From the IMG/VR virus record IMGVR_UViG_3300023173_000013, positions 7,021 through 71,020 of that record: a stretch of DNA of 64,000 bases; one strand, 5' to 3'. The notes beneath the pieces were generated by a model. The model did not search any database and was not told where the DNA came from. It was given only the letters and a program-made list of their open reading frames with translations. The first letter of the stretch is position 1. Every line of letters begins with the position of its first letter. Below are positions 1-9,328 of this stretch, piece after piece. The position numbers were made by a program, and so were the translations under genes. The stretch comes from a virus (taxonomy: Duplodnaviria; Caudoviricetes).

Positions 1-1
1 G

Positions 2-307
2 TATGATTGTTATCTATCTCACTACCATACACTAGAGCCATTACTACCCCCTCTTGATCTTTGTATTATCCTTCAAGCTAAACCCGAAGTCGCTCTTGAG
101 CGAGTACGGAGGCGAGATAGAGGGTGTGAGACAGGGTTGACTTTAGAATACTTACAGGCACTCTCTGCTGAGATCGACCTTATCCCTAGTAGATTGAGGG
201 CTGAGACTAAAGTTGTTCATCTCGATTGGGTGGAAATGTCTAGGGCTGAGATTGCAAAGAAATGTGGCGAGATTGTCCGAAATTATTTCTTTGGTTTCTT
301 GCCTTGA
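2..307 (+). CDS. Deoxynucleoside kinase family protein, C-terminal part (5'-truncated by window edge)
   Basis: Manual translation of frame 2 gives ...PPLDLCIILQAKPEVALERVRRRDRGCETGLTLEYLQAL..., matching the dNK lid motif (PDLxIYL..xPExxxERIxxRxR.E...LEYLxxL). TGA stop at 305-307. Not in the ORF track because the start is missing. Confidence 0.75.
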   Translation, partial: YDCYLSHYHTLEPLLPPLDLCIILQAKPEVALERVRRRDRGCETGLTLEYLQALSAEIDLIPSRLRAETKVVHLDWVEMSRAEIAKKCGEIVRNYFFGFLP

Positions 308-1134
308 TTCTTTAGATACTCTGAAGTGTCTTTCTTGCATCTAGGGCTATTGGGCTTTTTGTACTTACAATAGATAGACCATGCCATAGGAAATGCGTAA
401 TCGGGGTCATACCCCTTTTCTTTCTCGAAGTATTCAGCCTTTTCGGTGACATACTTTGGTCGATCTATTTCTTTCTCTGCCTCAGCTACGAGTTCAGCAA
501 AGGACTCAGCATTTCTAGTGGGTAGTGAATGGGTTGAGTAACCCCCATACGCTTTGGTGTAAGAATCGAAAGCTAGTTTCAGGTTACTTATATCTCCTGC
601 AAGGATTGTATGGTTATTACTTCTTATCCATTCCTCAAGAACTCTCAAGTATTCCATTTCTCTCTTCTCAGCTCTTTCATCAACAACCCTTTCTAGCCAC
701 CTATGGAAAGGAACTGTAGCTTTGTTTATTTTTCTCGTTTGAGAAGCGTAAATCGTGCCGTAAGGCTCTACGAGAAAACCTGAATCATTAAGATATGCTT
801 TTTGACTGCCTGGTAAATAAATGCGAGCTAAGAATCCCTGTCCTGTTTGTTTTGTCCATACATTATGGTTTTGTCCTACTTTAGTTAAAAGCTCGGAAAG
901 CTTCTCTATGTTTTCGATAGCTTCTTCTTTATCCCACGCTTTCCATCTCTTACTCTGATCTTGTAGCCACTTTTTATATTCAAGAGACTGCTTAAACTTG
1001 AACTCCAAAAACTCCCTGTCGTCTGAATCCGTTAGATCAAAGGAATACCCTAACTTTTTCAGAGCAACTCTAGTGGTGTAAGAATCAAAGGCGATCTTCG
1101 CTACTCTCTTTATCATGTGTGCTTTTCTGTTCAT
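283..1134 (-). CDS. Hypothetical protein, probable virion cargo (N-terminal RKA..KRVAKIAF leader)
   Basis: 283-aa ORF with a good RBS (ACAGGAGAG). The N-terminus carries the shared leader motif. The C-terminus has a distinctive AWSIYCKYK..SPRC segment. Confidence 0.6.
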   Translation of the reverse strand: MNRKAHMIKRVAKIAFDSYTTRVALKKLGYSFDLTDSDDREFLEFKFKQSLEYKKWLQDQSKRWKAWDKEEAIENIEKLSELLTKVGQNHNVWTKQTGQGFLARIYLPGSQKAYLNDSGFLVEPYGTIYASQTRKINKATVPFHRWLERVVDERAEKREMEYLRVLEEWIRSNNHTILAGDISNLKLAFDSYTKAYGGYSTHSLPTRNAESFAELVAEAEKEIDRPKYVTEKAEYFEKEKGYDPDYAFPMAWSIYCKYKKPNSPRCKKDTSEYLKNQGKKPKK

Positions 1135-1173
1135 GGTGTACTCTCCTGTTTAAGGTACGCTGTTAATAGAACA

Positions 1174-1179
1174 TTTATC
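1174..1179 (+). promoter_or_regulatory. Putative phage late-promoter element TTTATC upstream of the tail tube gene
   Basis: The same TTTAT[AC] hexamer lies 39-51 nt upstream of about 10 structural or cargo gene starts (see findings). Confidence 0.45.
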
Positions 1180-1226
1180 GACCACACTCTTTGAGTGGAT
1201 AACATTTGAATCTTAGGAGATAAGTC

Positions 1227-2060
1227 ATGGCGAACACAGACTCGAACCCACAAGGTGGGGTACAAGGTACTAGTCACATTTACGATTACAACTCAAGCCC
1301 TAACACAAGAGCGGCTATTTCACAGAAGGTAAGAATCTTATCTCCTGTTTACAAACCAGGAAATGAAGCGAATAATCTTCTTTATCAGTTGGGTGTTTGT
1401 TCTTCATTCTCAGCCGACTTTAACAGAGGTGTTGAGGACATTCGTGGTATCGGTTTTGGCGATCAGATTGCTGAGCGTGTGCCGGGTGTTTCTGACCCTG
1501 TTGACGTTTCTATTGAGCGTACTCTTATGTATCTCTCTAACGGACACCAAGCGTTTGGTTTCGCAGGTGGTATTGACGGTCCTGTCCGTACACTACAGCA
1601 CCACAGATGGCCTTTTGACATTGAGCAACAGTTGGTATTCTCAACGATTGCTGATATTGAGACAGGTCAGGCTACTGCTGAACACCAAAAGGGTATTCGT
1701 GAAATCGATTTCTCAGGTCAAAAAGTGACGGGTGCTGAGGAAGCGTATGGTACAGACGGTCAGAAGCACAAAGCGATTATTACTTATTTCGAGGCTTGTT
1801 GGATGACAGCTATTTCGGGTGCTAACCCAAGTGCTGACTCATCACTTATGGCTCAGAGTATTTCTGCCGCTGCTCAAGATGTGCATGATCTGTTCTCTAC
1901 TTACGGTGAGTTCATGCCTAGTGGTAATGACCCATCACTCAAACAGTTCGCTACCATCAGACATAACAATGTCGCAGGGGCTTTTGCGAGAGGGGCTTCT
2001 GAGAGTGTTACAGGAAGTAGTGGTGGCTTTAATAATGTTGAGGCTATCGGAGTTAACTAA
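1227..2060 (+). CDS. Tail tube protein (contractile tail)
   Basis: First gene of the tail module, ahead of the chaperones and tape measure. Has a tube-like pattern (GVCSSFS..RGVEDIRGIG.G...ERVPG...VSIERT...FEACW), a strong RBS (AGGAGA) and its own terminator. Confidence 0.7.
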   Translation: MANTDSNPQGGVQGTSHIYDYNSSPNTRAAISQKVRILSPVYKPGNEANNLLYQLGVCSSFSADFNRGVEDIRGIGFGDQIAERVPGVSDPVDVSIERTLMYLSNGHQAFGFAGGIDGPVRTLQHHRWPFDIEQQLVFSTIADIETGQATAEHQKGIREIDFSGQKVTGAEEAYGTDGQKHKAIITYFEACWMTAISGANPSADSSLMAQSISAAAQDVHDLFSTYGEFMPSGNDPSLKQFATIRHNNVAGAFARGASESVTGSSGGFNNVEAIGVN

Positions 2061-2077
2061 TCCTTAGTTGGTATAAT

Positions 2078-2103
2078 GGGGGGTAGCCGTACCCCCCTTT
2101 CTT
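2078..2103 (+). terminator. Intrinsic terminator after the tail tube gene
   Basis: GGGGGGTA-GCCG-TACCCCCC 8-bp stem followed by TTTCTT. Confidence 0.65.
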
Positions 2104-2129
2104 AAAAATAAACGGACAGGATTTACATT

Positions 2130-2729
2130 ATGAACTTATCTCAACTCAAAGAGGCTTTCTCGCCCCTTTCGGAAATCGGCAACCTCCAAAAAGAGGTGGA
2201 CATCTTTGGTGTCAAGATCACTCTGAAGACTCTCTCTCCAAGAGAAGAAGCAGAGGTACAGCGAGCCATTTCACAGCTTCGTGATGACGAAGATGGGTCG
2301 GGTTTATCTACTGTCGAATACCTTGATGTATTTCGTAAAGAAACACTCGCTAGAGCGATTATCAAAATCGGGGAGTCTTCTTTAGATTCTGAGTACATTG
2401 AGACGGGTGAGACTCTTGGAAATGGGACTCCTGTTAAGGTCAAAAAGACAGAGGCTCTTTTGGAAATCTTAGAGAGCTTTTCTCGTCCTGTCATTACCGA
2501 AGCGTTCAATATCTTGGGTGTTCTTTCGGAAGAAGCTGAGAAGCAAGCCGAAAGCTTACGCCCTCAGAATGAGAACCTCGCAGACAAGAAGAAAGAGCTT
2601 CAGTCTCGTATCGAAGAAATAGAAAAAGTAGAAGCAGGGGAAGAAGTCGATCAAGTGATCGCCAATGCTCCTAAAGCAGTCACCGATTATTCTCAAGCTA
2701 TTCAGGATATGGATAACAATGAGAAATGA
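2130..2729 (+). CDS. Tail assembly chaperone (putative)
   Basis: Lies between the tube and tape measure genes. Has the acidic ITLKTLSPREE...ETLARAI pattern typical of tail chaperones. Confidence 0.55.
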   Translation: MNLSQLKEAFSPLSEIGNLQKEVDIFGVKITLKTLSPREEAEVQRAISQLRDDEDGSGLSTVEYLDVFRKETLARAIIKIGESSLDSEYIETGETLGNGTPVKVKKTEALLEILESFSRPVITEAFNILGVLSEEAEKQAESLRPQNENLADKKKELQSRIEEIEKVEAGEEVDQVIANAPKAVTDYSQAIQDMDNNEK

Positions 2730-3844
2730 AAAAGGACTACTATGCAGGAATACGATCTCTCATATTAGAGGGTAGTATTTACAAGGCTTTTATTTCTGAG
2801 GATCACGACCTGTATCTAAAGATACGGAATCCTAACGATTCTGACTTGAATTGGATATACGAGTATTCGCCTACGCATTCTTGGAAACGAGAAGTAGGGC
2901 TTATCTCACGCTGTATTCATTCGATTAATGGCAGAGTCCTTAAAGGAGATGATGGGTTGTATTGGCTTTCAGACTTTATGTCGAGTCAATGCTCTCGTCA
3001 TCTCGTTCGTAATCTAGCCATAGCGACAGTTTCTTTACTAGAAGAAGTGAAGAAAGCTCAAGACTACTTAGAGCCTTTTAGCTATGAGTTAGAGTCTAGG
3101 AATATATGGAGAAATTGGCGAGCTATGTCTTCTGTGGGTGAGCCTCTTCCTATGAGGCTCAATGACTTTCAGATTTATTGGGCTAGTTGGAATCAGCTAG
3201 AAGATGAGAAGATCGCTACCAAGACGGAGTGGGAGCAAGCGTTATTGATAACGAGTGCTTTCAATTCTAAAGGGGCAAAGGAAATAAGGTCGGGTTGGGA
3301 ATCAAATGATGCTGAAGAAAAGCAGTATCGTGAAGCCCTTATGAAAGACGCTCATAGAGGGATTGTCGGAACAGTAGAGCAGAGACGAAGCCAAGCCCGT
3401 AGAAATAACTTTGATGACCTTAGAGAGCAGATGAGGAAATGGGTAGCAGGAGAAGAAGACGAACACGATAGAATCGTGCGTGAGTACAAGCAGTCGATGT
3501 ATCGTAAGATTGAGCTTGAGAAAGAGCGAGCCGAGCAAGCTCGTGAAAGAAATAGGCGAATGGTCGAGGATTTGAATTCGCTCAAAAATATTTCTTCTAT
3601 TAACGCACCTGTTACAGCGATCTCTGACGAAGAAGTTAGACGCATGACAAGTGTTAAGAAATACAAGCAATCAAACGAGCATCAGGAGAAGTTCGAGCAC
3701 GTTAAAGAGAGGTATATTATGGCTAAAGAGACAAGTGGAAACCTTCAGATTGGAGAAGATGGTAAGCTCATTTCTAATACGCCTAATAAGCCTTCTTTAA
3801 TGAGCGAGATCGCTAATCGTGTTCCTACTTTAGAGGAGAAATAA
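2726..3844 (+). CDS. Tail assembly chaperone-associated / pre-tape-measure protein (putative)
   Basis: ATGA-coupled to the upstream chaperone and immediately precedes the tape measure gene. Has QIYWASWNQLED and a coiled-coil C-terminal half. Confidence 0.45.
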   Translation: MKKDYYAGIRSLILEGSIYKAFISEDHDLYLKIRNPNDSDLNWIYEYSPTHSWKREVGLISRCIHSINGRVLKGDDGLYWLSDFMSSQCSRHLVRNLAIATVSLLEEVKKAQDYLEPFSYELESRNIWRNWRAMSSVGEPLPMRLNDFQIYWASWNQLEDEKIATKTEWEQALLITSAFNSKGAKEIRSGWESNDAEEKQYREALMKDAHRGIVGTVEQRRSQARRNNFDDLREQMRKWVAGEEDEHDRIVREYKQSMYRKIELEKERAEQARERNRRMVEDLNSLKNISSINAPVTAISDEEVRRMTSVKKYKQSNEHQEKFEHVKERYIMAKETSGNLQIGEDGKLISNTPNKPSLMSEIANRVPTLEEK

Positions 3845-3847
3845 GTT

Positions 3848-6800
3848 ATGGCTTCAACAAAAGGTTTTAATCAAGTTTATGCTGAGGCTATGGAGCTGTC
3901 TAATAACTCAGAAGCTTTAATGGACAACCTCACTAAAGCGGCTATGGCGGCAGGTAGGCTTACGGCAGAGACAAAAAGAGACTTAGAGGTCTTTAAACAA
4001 TTAAGAGCGACTACGAAAGACATTAGTACTCAGTTAGCTGAAGCAGGTAAGAGAAACCTCACTTCAGAGGCTGTAGCACTCCAACAAATAAACGATAAGA
4101 TTCTCGCTCAGCAAAAGAGATTACAAAAGGCTTTAGAAGATCGTCTGAAGATTGAAAAAGATGATAAACTTACAGCGACTGAGAAAGTAGTAGAGTTAGC
4201 CAGAGCTAATAAAGAATATGAAAAACAGCTTGAACAACTTAAAATGATAGAAGCCCAAGAATCTTATAATGTTCAAAGAACCAAAGATCGTTTGAGAAAA
4301 CTAAGTAAGGAAATGGATAATCTGAACAGCAGGGCTTCAGGTACGATCTTTGACCCGACAGTAGGTCTTTTCCATTCCACAGGGGCAGAAATCAAAGACA
4401 TAGATAAAACTATGGATTACGTTGAGAAAAAATCAGGAGAGCTAGGAAGCACTATTGCAGATTTATTCTCAGGTAGTATGGATAATGTTCAGTCAAGGTT
4501 AGATTCCCTAGTAAAGGGTGGGGGTAACTTTTTAAGAGATTTAAATTCAGCAGGTAAAGCCGCTAGAGAGGGAAATAGGAGAAAAGCTGAGGCAGGTGAA
4601 AGTGTTAGTTTGTTCAATAAGGCACTTTCTCTGTTTGGTGGTAAGTTAGGGGGGTTTTTAGGGGGTTTTGGAAAACTCTTAGGTATGGCAGGTGGTTTAG
4701 TTGCAGGTGTCTTTGCAGTCGTTAAAGGCATTCAAGCCGTAGAAGAAGCGGTTAAGGGTGTTAATAAAGAGTTAGTAGACGCTTATGGTGCTACAGACCT
4801 TATGGCAAGTGGTTCAGATAGTGCTAACAAAAGTGTTAACGAAATGAGAAAAGCCCTTTCAGACTCAAGTTGGGCAAATAGTATCGGGGAGACACTCGAA
4901 GGTGCTAGGGGTCTTGTTACTTCCTTAAATGAAATGGGGATTAATGCTCGCACTATGGATGGTGACTTTGAGGCAATCAAAGAAACAGTCACAGTTCTTA
5001 AAGCAGGGGCTGTTTCTTTGGGCGTTGATTTTGGAACAGTAGCGAGCTTCACCCAACAGTTTAAAGAAGAGCTAGGGATGGCAACTAAAGACGGGCAACT
5101 CTTAGATAAGATGGGAGACTCTTTTGCTCGGATTAGAGATGTTGCTATGCAGTCAGGCTTTTCTACTAATCGCTTCTTCCAAGTCATTCAAAGTCTTTCT
5201 GACGGAATAGGAGACATGAACATTCGTATTGGAGAAACATCGAGAATGTTTTTATCTATGTCTAAAGTCTTAGGACCTAGAGCAGCTCAGGCGTTTACAC
5301 AAGGACTTATGGGGGGCTTTAAAGGAGAAGGTATTCAAGAGAGATTCAAGCGACTCATTCTGATGGGTGGTTCTAAAAAAATCATGCAAAGAACAGCTTC
5401 TCGTACTATTAATGAGCTACAGAAAAATCTTTCGACTCAGCAAGCAGGTATCTTGAGAGAGGTTGGGGTTGATACTTCAGACTTATCAAAAGTATCTGAC
5501 GCTCAGTTAGAAAAAGCTATGAGTGAGTTAAGGCGTAGAGGTGGTGAGGGTGGTCGTGCGAGGGGCGAGGAATTGATGAGGGCTGTCAGACTTGCTCGTG
5601 GTGGAGCCGGTGGTCTTAGTGACCAAGCGATGGCTCTTGGTGAGTTAGACTTAACAGGTACTTTGTCAGCACAGATGAAACAGCTTTACAACATACAGGG
5701 GGATAAGGGATTTCAAGGAATCACAGCGATAGGTATGGAAAAGCTAGTGCAGATGACAGGTAAGAGTTTGGACGAGCTTGAACAGTTGAGAAGACTTGAC
5801 ATGGCGAACAGAGCCGACTTCGCTCGACTAACAGAAATAACGGAAATGCAAGATTCAGAGGGCAACAGGCTAACTCCTGAAGCTATGAATGCAGTCTTAA
5901 AAGAGAATGGTTTTGGCGATGATTTCTTTGCTAAGACTATTGATGGGGTTACTAAAATAGTTGATCGAAACGGGAACATAGTAGAAGACGTGCAAGGGGT
6001 TATAGAAGCCCGTAGTGCAGAAATAGACAATCTGGGGGGCAAGTCAATAGATCAGCTTTCACTTCTTCAAGAGGTAGTAGACGCTACTATGACCTCGGCT
6101 GATATGATTAATAATTACTTAGGTGGGATTCTTCAGCAGAACGGAGATTACTTATCCGCAGTAGCAGATTGGGCTATACAAAAAATGAAAGACCCCGATA
6201 GAGTAAAGAGAATGGAGGAAGCCGAAAGATTAAGAGCTGGTATGAGGTCAAAAGCTGAGGACTTAACAGAAGAAAAAACAAAAGAGAGAAGACTAGCTTC
6301 TGAAAAAGCGAAAGAAATAAGTGAGATTAAAGACCCTCGTAAAAAAGCACAAGCTGTGAAAGAAGAAAAAGAGAGAAGGGAAAGAGCTGAAAGAGAAATA
6401 AGAAAGAAAGAGCTAGACTTGAAATTGGATAGAAATCAAGCTCGGATATTAGCTTCAGGGGCTAAACTTCATGGTACAGACCCTACAGGAAGAAGCAAAG
6501 CAATAGCTCAGATGGCTCAGAGTAAAGAGGGGCAAAGAGAACTAGAGCGTAATTTAAGTGCTACAGAAGTCCTAAAAGCCCAACTTGCGTCAGAGGGTTT
6601 TGATTTGGGACACTTAACTAATAGACAATTTAAAACTAAAGAAGAACACGATAGATTTAGAGCGTTAGAACAAAGAATGGGGCTAAAAACCCTAGAATCA
6701 ATACACAGACCATCAGGGGACAAAAGTTATGAGGAAGGAGGGGAACAGAGAAGTGTAAGAGTTATAAGAACTAGAACAGGTAAAGTTATTACAACTCAAT

Positions 6801-7657
6801 CAGCGAGACACAAGTCATCAGAGGAAGCTTACGCACAAAAAGCAATAGAGGGATTTGGAGATGCTTTTGATACAAACAATGGCCCTGTTTCTATTCTTGG
6901 TCAAGATGTTGCTAGGCATGAGAAAGCAGCACGAGCATCTAAAGAACACCAAGCCGCTAAGTCTGACTATGAAATATCTCATTTTCTCGCTGAGCAACAA
7001 AGGGATTTAGAAACAAGAAAGAAAGGCGAAGCGACTCTTATTGCCCAAGCTGTGAGGGAGGGAGATAAGGAAGCAGAAGCTGAACATCGAGCACGATTAG
7101 ATGAACTTATTTCGGAAACCCCAAACAAAGAAGACTTAGAAAAGATTTATGAAGATGAACGGAAAGCAAAAGAAAAATGGGAAACTTCTAAGAAGATGAT
7201 TGATACACAAGCAGAGAGTGTTACTAAAGGTTATAAGAAGTATAATGAAATGCAACAACAAGCAATGGTTTCGTCACTAGGGTTAGACGCTGGCTTGGTA
7301 GAATCAAAAGAGGGAAGAAAACAAATTAGGGACGCATTAAAGTCACGGTTTGAGAGAGAAACAGACCCTTTTGAAAAGGAGAGATTAAAAAGAAAGATAG
7401 ATAATTTTAATGATGTTTATGTTGATGATGGGAGATTTTCTAATTCAGGAAGACCTATGGCTATCAGAGAGGGTTCAAATTCTCGTATGATTGGAAGCCC
7501 CAATGATGAGATATTCTTCTTAGACCCAAGTAAGGGTGGTGGTCGAGGTGGTGGGGGTATGGGAGGAAATGTTTATAATATTATCGTTCCGAAAGGACCT
7601 GCTGAATCTCAATCTGCGGCGATTGCTAATGGTTTCCGTACAGCAGGACACGCTTAA
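3848..7657 (+). CDS. Tape measure protein
   Basis: 1269 aa, helical/coiled-coil, with a Gly/Ala-rich hydrophobic stretch (LFGGKLGGFLGGFGKLLGMAGGLVAGVFAVV), a Gly-rich tail and the canonical position. Confidence 0.8.
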   Translation: MASTKGFNQVYAEAMELSNNSEALMDNLTKAAMAAGRLTAETKRDLEVFKQLRATTKDISTQLAEAGKRNLTSEAVALQQINDKILAQQKRLQKALEDRLKIEKDDKLTATEKVVELARANKEYEKQLEQLKMIEAQESYNVQRTKDRLRKLSKEMDNLNSRASGTIFDPTVGLFHSTGAEIKDIDKTMDYVEKKSGELGSTIADLFSGSMDNVQSRLDSLVKGGGNFLRDLNSAGKAAREGNRRKAEAGESVSLFNKALSLFGGKLGGFLGGFGKLLGMAGGLVAGVFAVVKGIQAVEEAVKGVNKELVDAYGATDLMASGSDSANKSVNEMRKALSDSSWANSIGETLEGARGLVTSLNEMGINARTMDGDFEAIKETVTVLKAGAVSLGVDFGTVASFTQQFKEELGMATKDGQLLDKMGDSFARIRDVAMQSGFSTNRFFQVIQSLSDGIGDMNIRIGETSRMFLSMSKVLGPRAAQAFTQGLMGGFKGEGIQERFKRLILMGGSKKIMQRTASRTINELQKNLSTQQAGILREVGVDTSDLSKVSDAQLEKAMSELRRRGGEGGRARGEELMRAVRLARGGAGGLSDQAMALGELDLTGTLSAQMKQLYNIQGDKGFQGITAIGMEKLVQMTGKSLDELEQLRRLDMANRADFARLTEITEMQDSEGNRLTPEAMNAVLKENGFGDDFFAKTIDGVTKIVDRNGNIVEDVQGVIEARSAEIDNLGGKSIDQLSLLQEVVDATMTSADMINNYLGGILQQNGDYLSAVADWAIQKMKDPDRVKRMEEAERLRAGMRSKAEDLTEEKTKERRLASEKAKEISEIKDPRKKAQAVKEEKERRERAEREIRKKELDLKLDRNQARILASGAKLHGTDPTGRSKAIAQMAQSKEGQRELERNLSATEVLKAQLASEGFDLGHLTNRQFKTKEEHDRFRALEQRMGLKTLESIHRPSGDKSYEEGGEQRSVRVIRTRTGKVITTQSARHKSSEEAYAQKAIEGFGDAFDTNNGPVSILGQDVARHEKAARASKEHQAAKSDYEISHFLAEQQRDLETRKKGEATLIAQAVREGDKEAEAEHRARLDELISETPNKEDLEKIYEDERKAKEKWETSKKMIDTQAESVTKGYKKYNEMQQQAMVSSLGLDAGLVESKEGRKQIRDALKSRFERETDPFEKERLKRKIDNFNDVYVDDGRFSNSGRPMAIREGSNSRMIGSPNDEIFFLDPSKGGGRGGGGMGGNVYNIIVPKGPAESQSAAIANGFRTAGHA

Positions 7658-7669
7658 AGGAGATAAGAA

Positions 7670-8326
7670 ATGGCTCTACAGAATCGTTTTACTCAATACA
7701 AACCTGATGAGCTACAAGCTCTCCCCTCAGCTCTCAACAGACGACCCGTCTATTTCGACATTATCCACCCTGACGGCAGAACCTCACTCTTAGATAACAT
7801 AAGGCTCGTCTGTCATACGAACCCTAAAAGCCTTGCGTTTAGCTACCAAAAAAAAGTAAGCAGATCACCTACGATTGGTGGGTGGATAGAGACTTATTGG
7901 GGTGATGAACCTTACACCATTTCCCTTGATATGAGTTCAGGTGGCTTCATCAGACTTACAAGTGGTCTGTCTAATACAACAGGGGCTGTCACCTCAAGAC
8001 AATCAACCTTTGGTAAGAACATAAACCCTAATACTACCTATGGCGAAGACTTAGGGGGAAATAGACGAGAGACGATTGCCTACGATAAGTATCTCGACCT
8101 CTTAGCTCTATTTCACAACAATGGCAGTATCTATGACTCAAGAGGATATGTGACCTTACAGGGTAGAATTAAGATGGTCTTTGATGGAGGTGAATGGTAC
8201 GGGTGGTTTCAGTCGTTTACTGTTTCCGAGACAGCCGAGTCTCCCTTCACATTCAATCTGAGCATGGTATTTCAAGTCGAACGAGAAGTACATGGGGTTA
8301 GAACACAAGGGGGTTGGTTCAGATGA
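7670..8326 (+). CDS. Baseplate tail-tube initiator-like protein (paralog 1)
   Basis: Follows the tape measure gene. Shares NP.S..SY...WG.E..TIS...S.G.F and W.G...S....E....F.L.F.V with the next ORF. Confidence 0.55.
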   Translation: MALQNRFTQYKPDELQALPSALNRRPVYFDIIHPDGRTSLLDNIRLVCHTNPKSLAFSYQKKVSRSPTIGGWIETYWGDEPYTISLDMSSGGFIRLTSGLSNTTGAVTSRQSTFGKNINPNTTYGEDLGGNRRETIAYDKYLDLLALFHNNGSIYDSRGYVTLQGRIKMVFDGGEWYGWFQSFTVSETAESPFTFNLSMVFQVEREVHGVRTQGGWFR

Positions 8327-9324
8327 GAGGAACAACAGCAACAGACCCTTATATTTATCTCCCTATGGGTGATGATGTAGTCTTATTTCCTGAAGATGAT
8401 GTGAACGCCGCCCCTGTGGACTTATCTCATCAGAACCTCCGTAGGTTTTCACCTTTTATTCTTGAGGTAATCCCTCCACACCCTGACGAGCCTTGGATTA
8501 ATGAGAATCCTGCGAGAGTTACCGACCCAACTCAGAAACCATTTCGTAGCCCCTTAAATACAAGTTTAAAAGGCTACAACAAGAGGTACAGCCAATCACC
8601 TCAGAATTCTTTCGCTCCAAAGCTTTCCTCTCTCGCAGGTCCACCCGTCAGACCAACAAGTAAAACAGCTACTTCTCAGCTCTCAGATACGATTGAGGTG
8701 AGTGCTAGTTTTAATGACCGAGACGCTATTATAGACTATGTGGTTCAACACAGAGCCTTAGCTACCTTACCCCCGATTGTATTTCTTATTAACCCCTCTA
8801 GTTTTGATGTCTCTTACAATGCGATTCAAGCGTTCCAAGAGCAGACAAGATATGGGTTTGTATTTCAGAGATGGGGCGAGGAACTACCTACTATTTCTAT
8901 CAGTACCTCTATTGGTGCTTTCGTAGCAGAGCGACTCAATGGTGAAGAAATAAAAACCCAACTTGCACAGGGTACGAAGCCCTCAGAAATAAAAGCCCCT
9001 AATGGTCTGACTCACTTAGCGAGGAAGGATAGTGCAGGGTACAGGCACTTGATGTCGATCTTCTCTGTGTACCGAAATAGCGTAGCGATTGCAGACCGAA
9101 TAGGGCAGTCGAGGGCATACTCAGCAATAGGTACGCAGGCTATCCATTATGATGGTCAGACTTGGGAAGGTCGTATCGAGAGTATGAGCTACACTTACGA
9201 GGAAGGTCGTCAAAATGGAGGTATTTCTTTTGACCTTTCCTTTGTAGTCTATAAGCACTACTTCAACGAATCTATGACGAGTAGGGCAGTAAAGAGATTA
9301 AGAAACTTAAACGCAGGGGAATGA
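8314..9324 (+). CDS. Baseplate tail-tube initiator-like protein (paralog 2)
   Basis: Paralogous to 7670..8326 in its C-terminal half, with an extra Pro-rich N-terminal region. Confidence 0.55.
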   Translation: MVQMRGTTATDPYIYLPMGDDVVLFPEDDVNAAPVDLSHQNLRRFSPFILEVIPPHPDEPWINENPARVTDPTQKPFRSPLNTSLKGYNKRYSQSPQNSFAPKLSSLAGPPVRPTSKTATSQLSDTIEVSASFNDRDAIIDYVVQHRALATLPPIVFLINPSSFDVSYNAIQAFQEQTRYGFVFQRWGEELPTISISTSIGAFVAERLNGEEIKTQLAQGTKPSEIKAPNGLTHLARKDSAGYRHLMSIFSVYRNSVAIADRIGQSRAYSAIGTQAIHYDGQTWEGRIESMSYTYEEGRQNGGISFDLSFVVYKHYFNESMTSRAVKRLRNLNAGE

Positions 9325-9328
9325 TGAA

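Noticed and set aside
2715-2735. Programmed -1 frameshift joining the two tail chaperone ORFs (G/GT type)
   Set aside because: The second ORF is in the -1 frame, but that frame has a TGA at 2720-2722 and there is no X XXY YYZ slippery heptamer. ATGA translational coupling explains the overlap.
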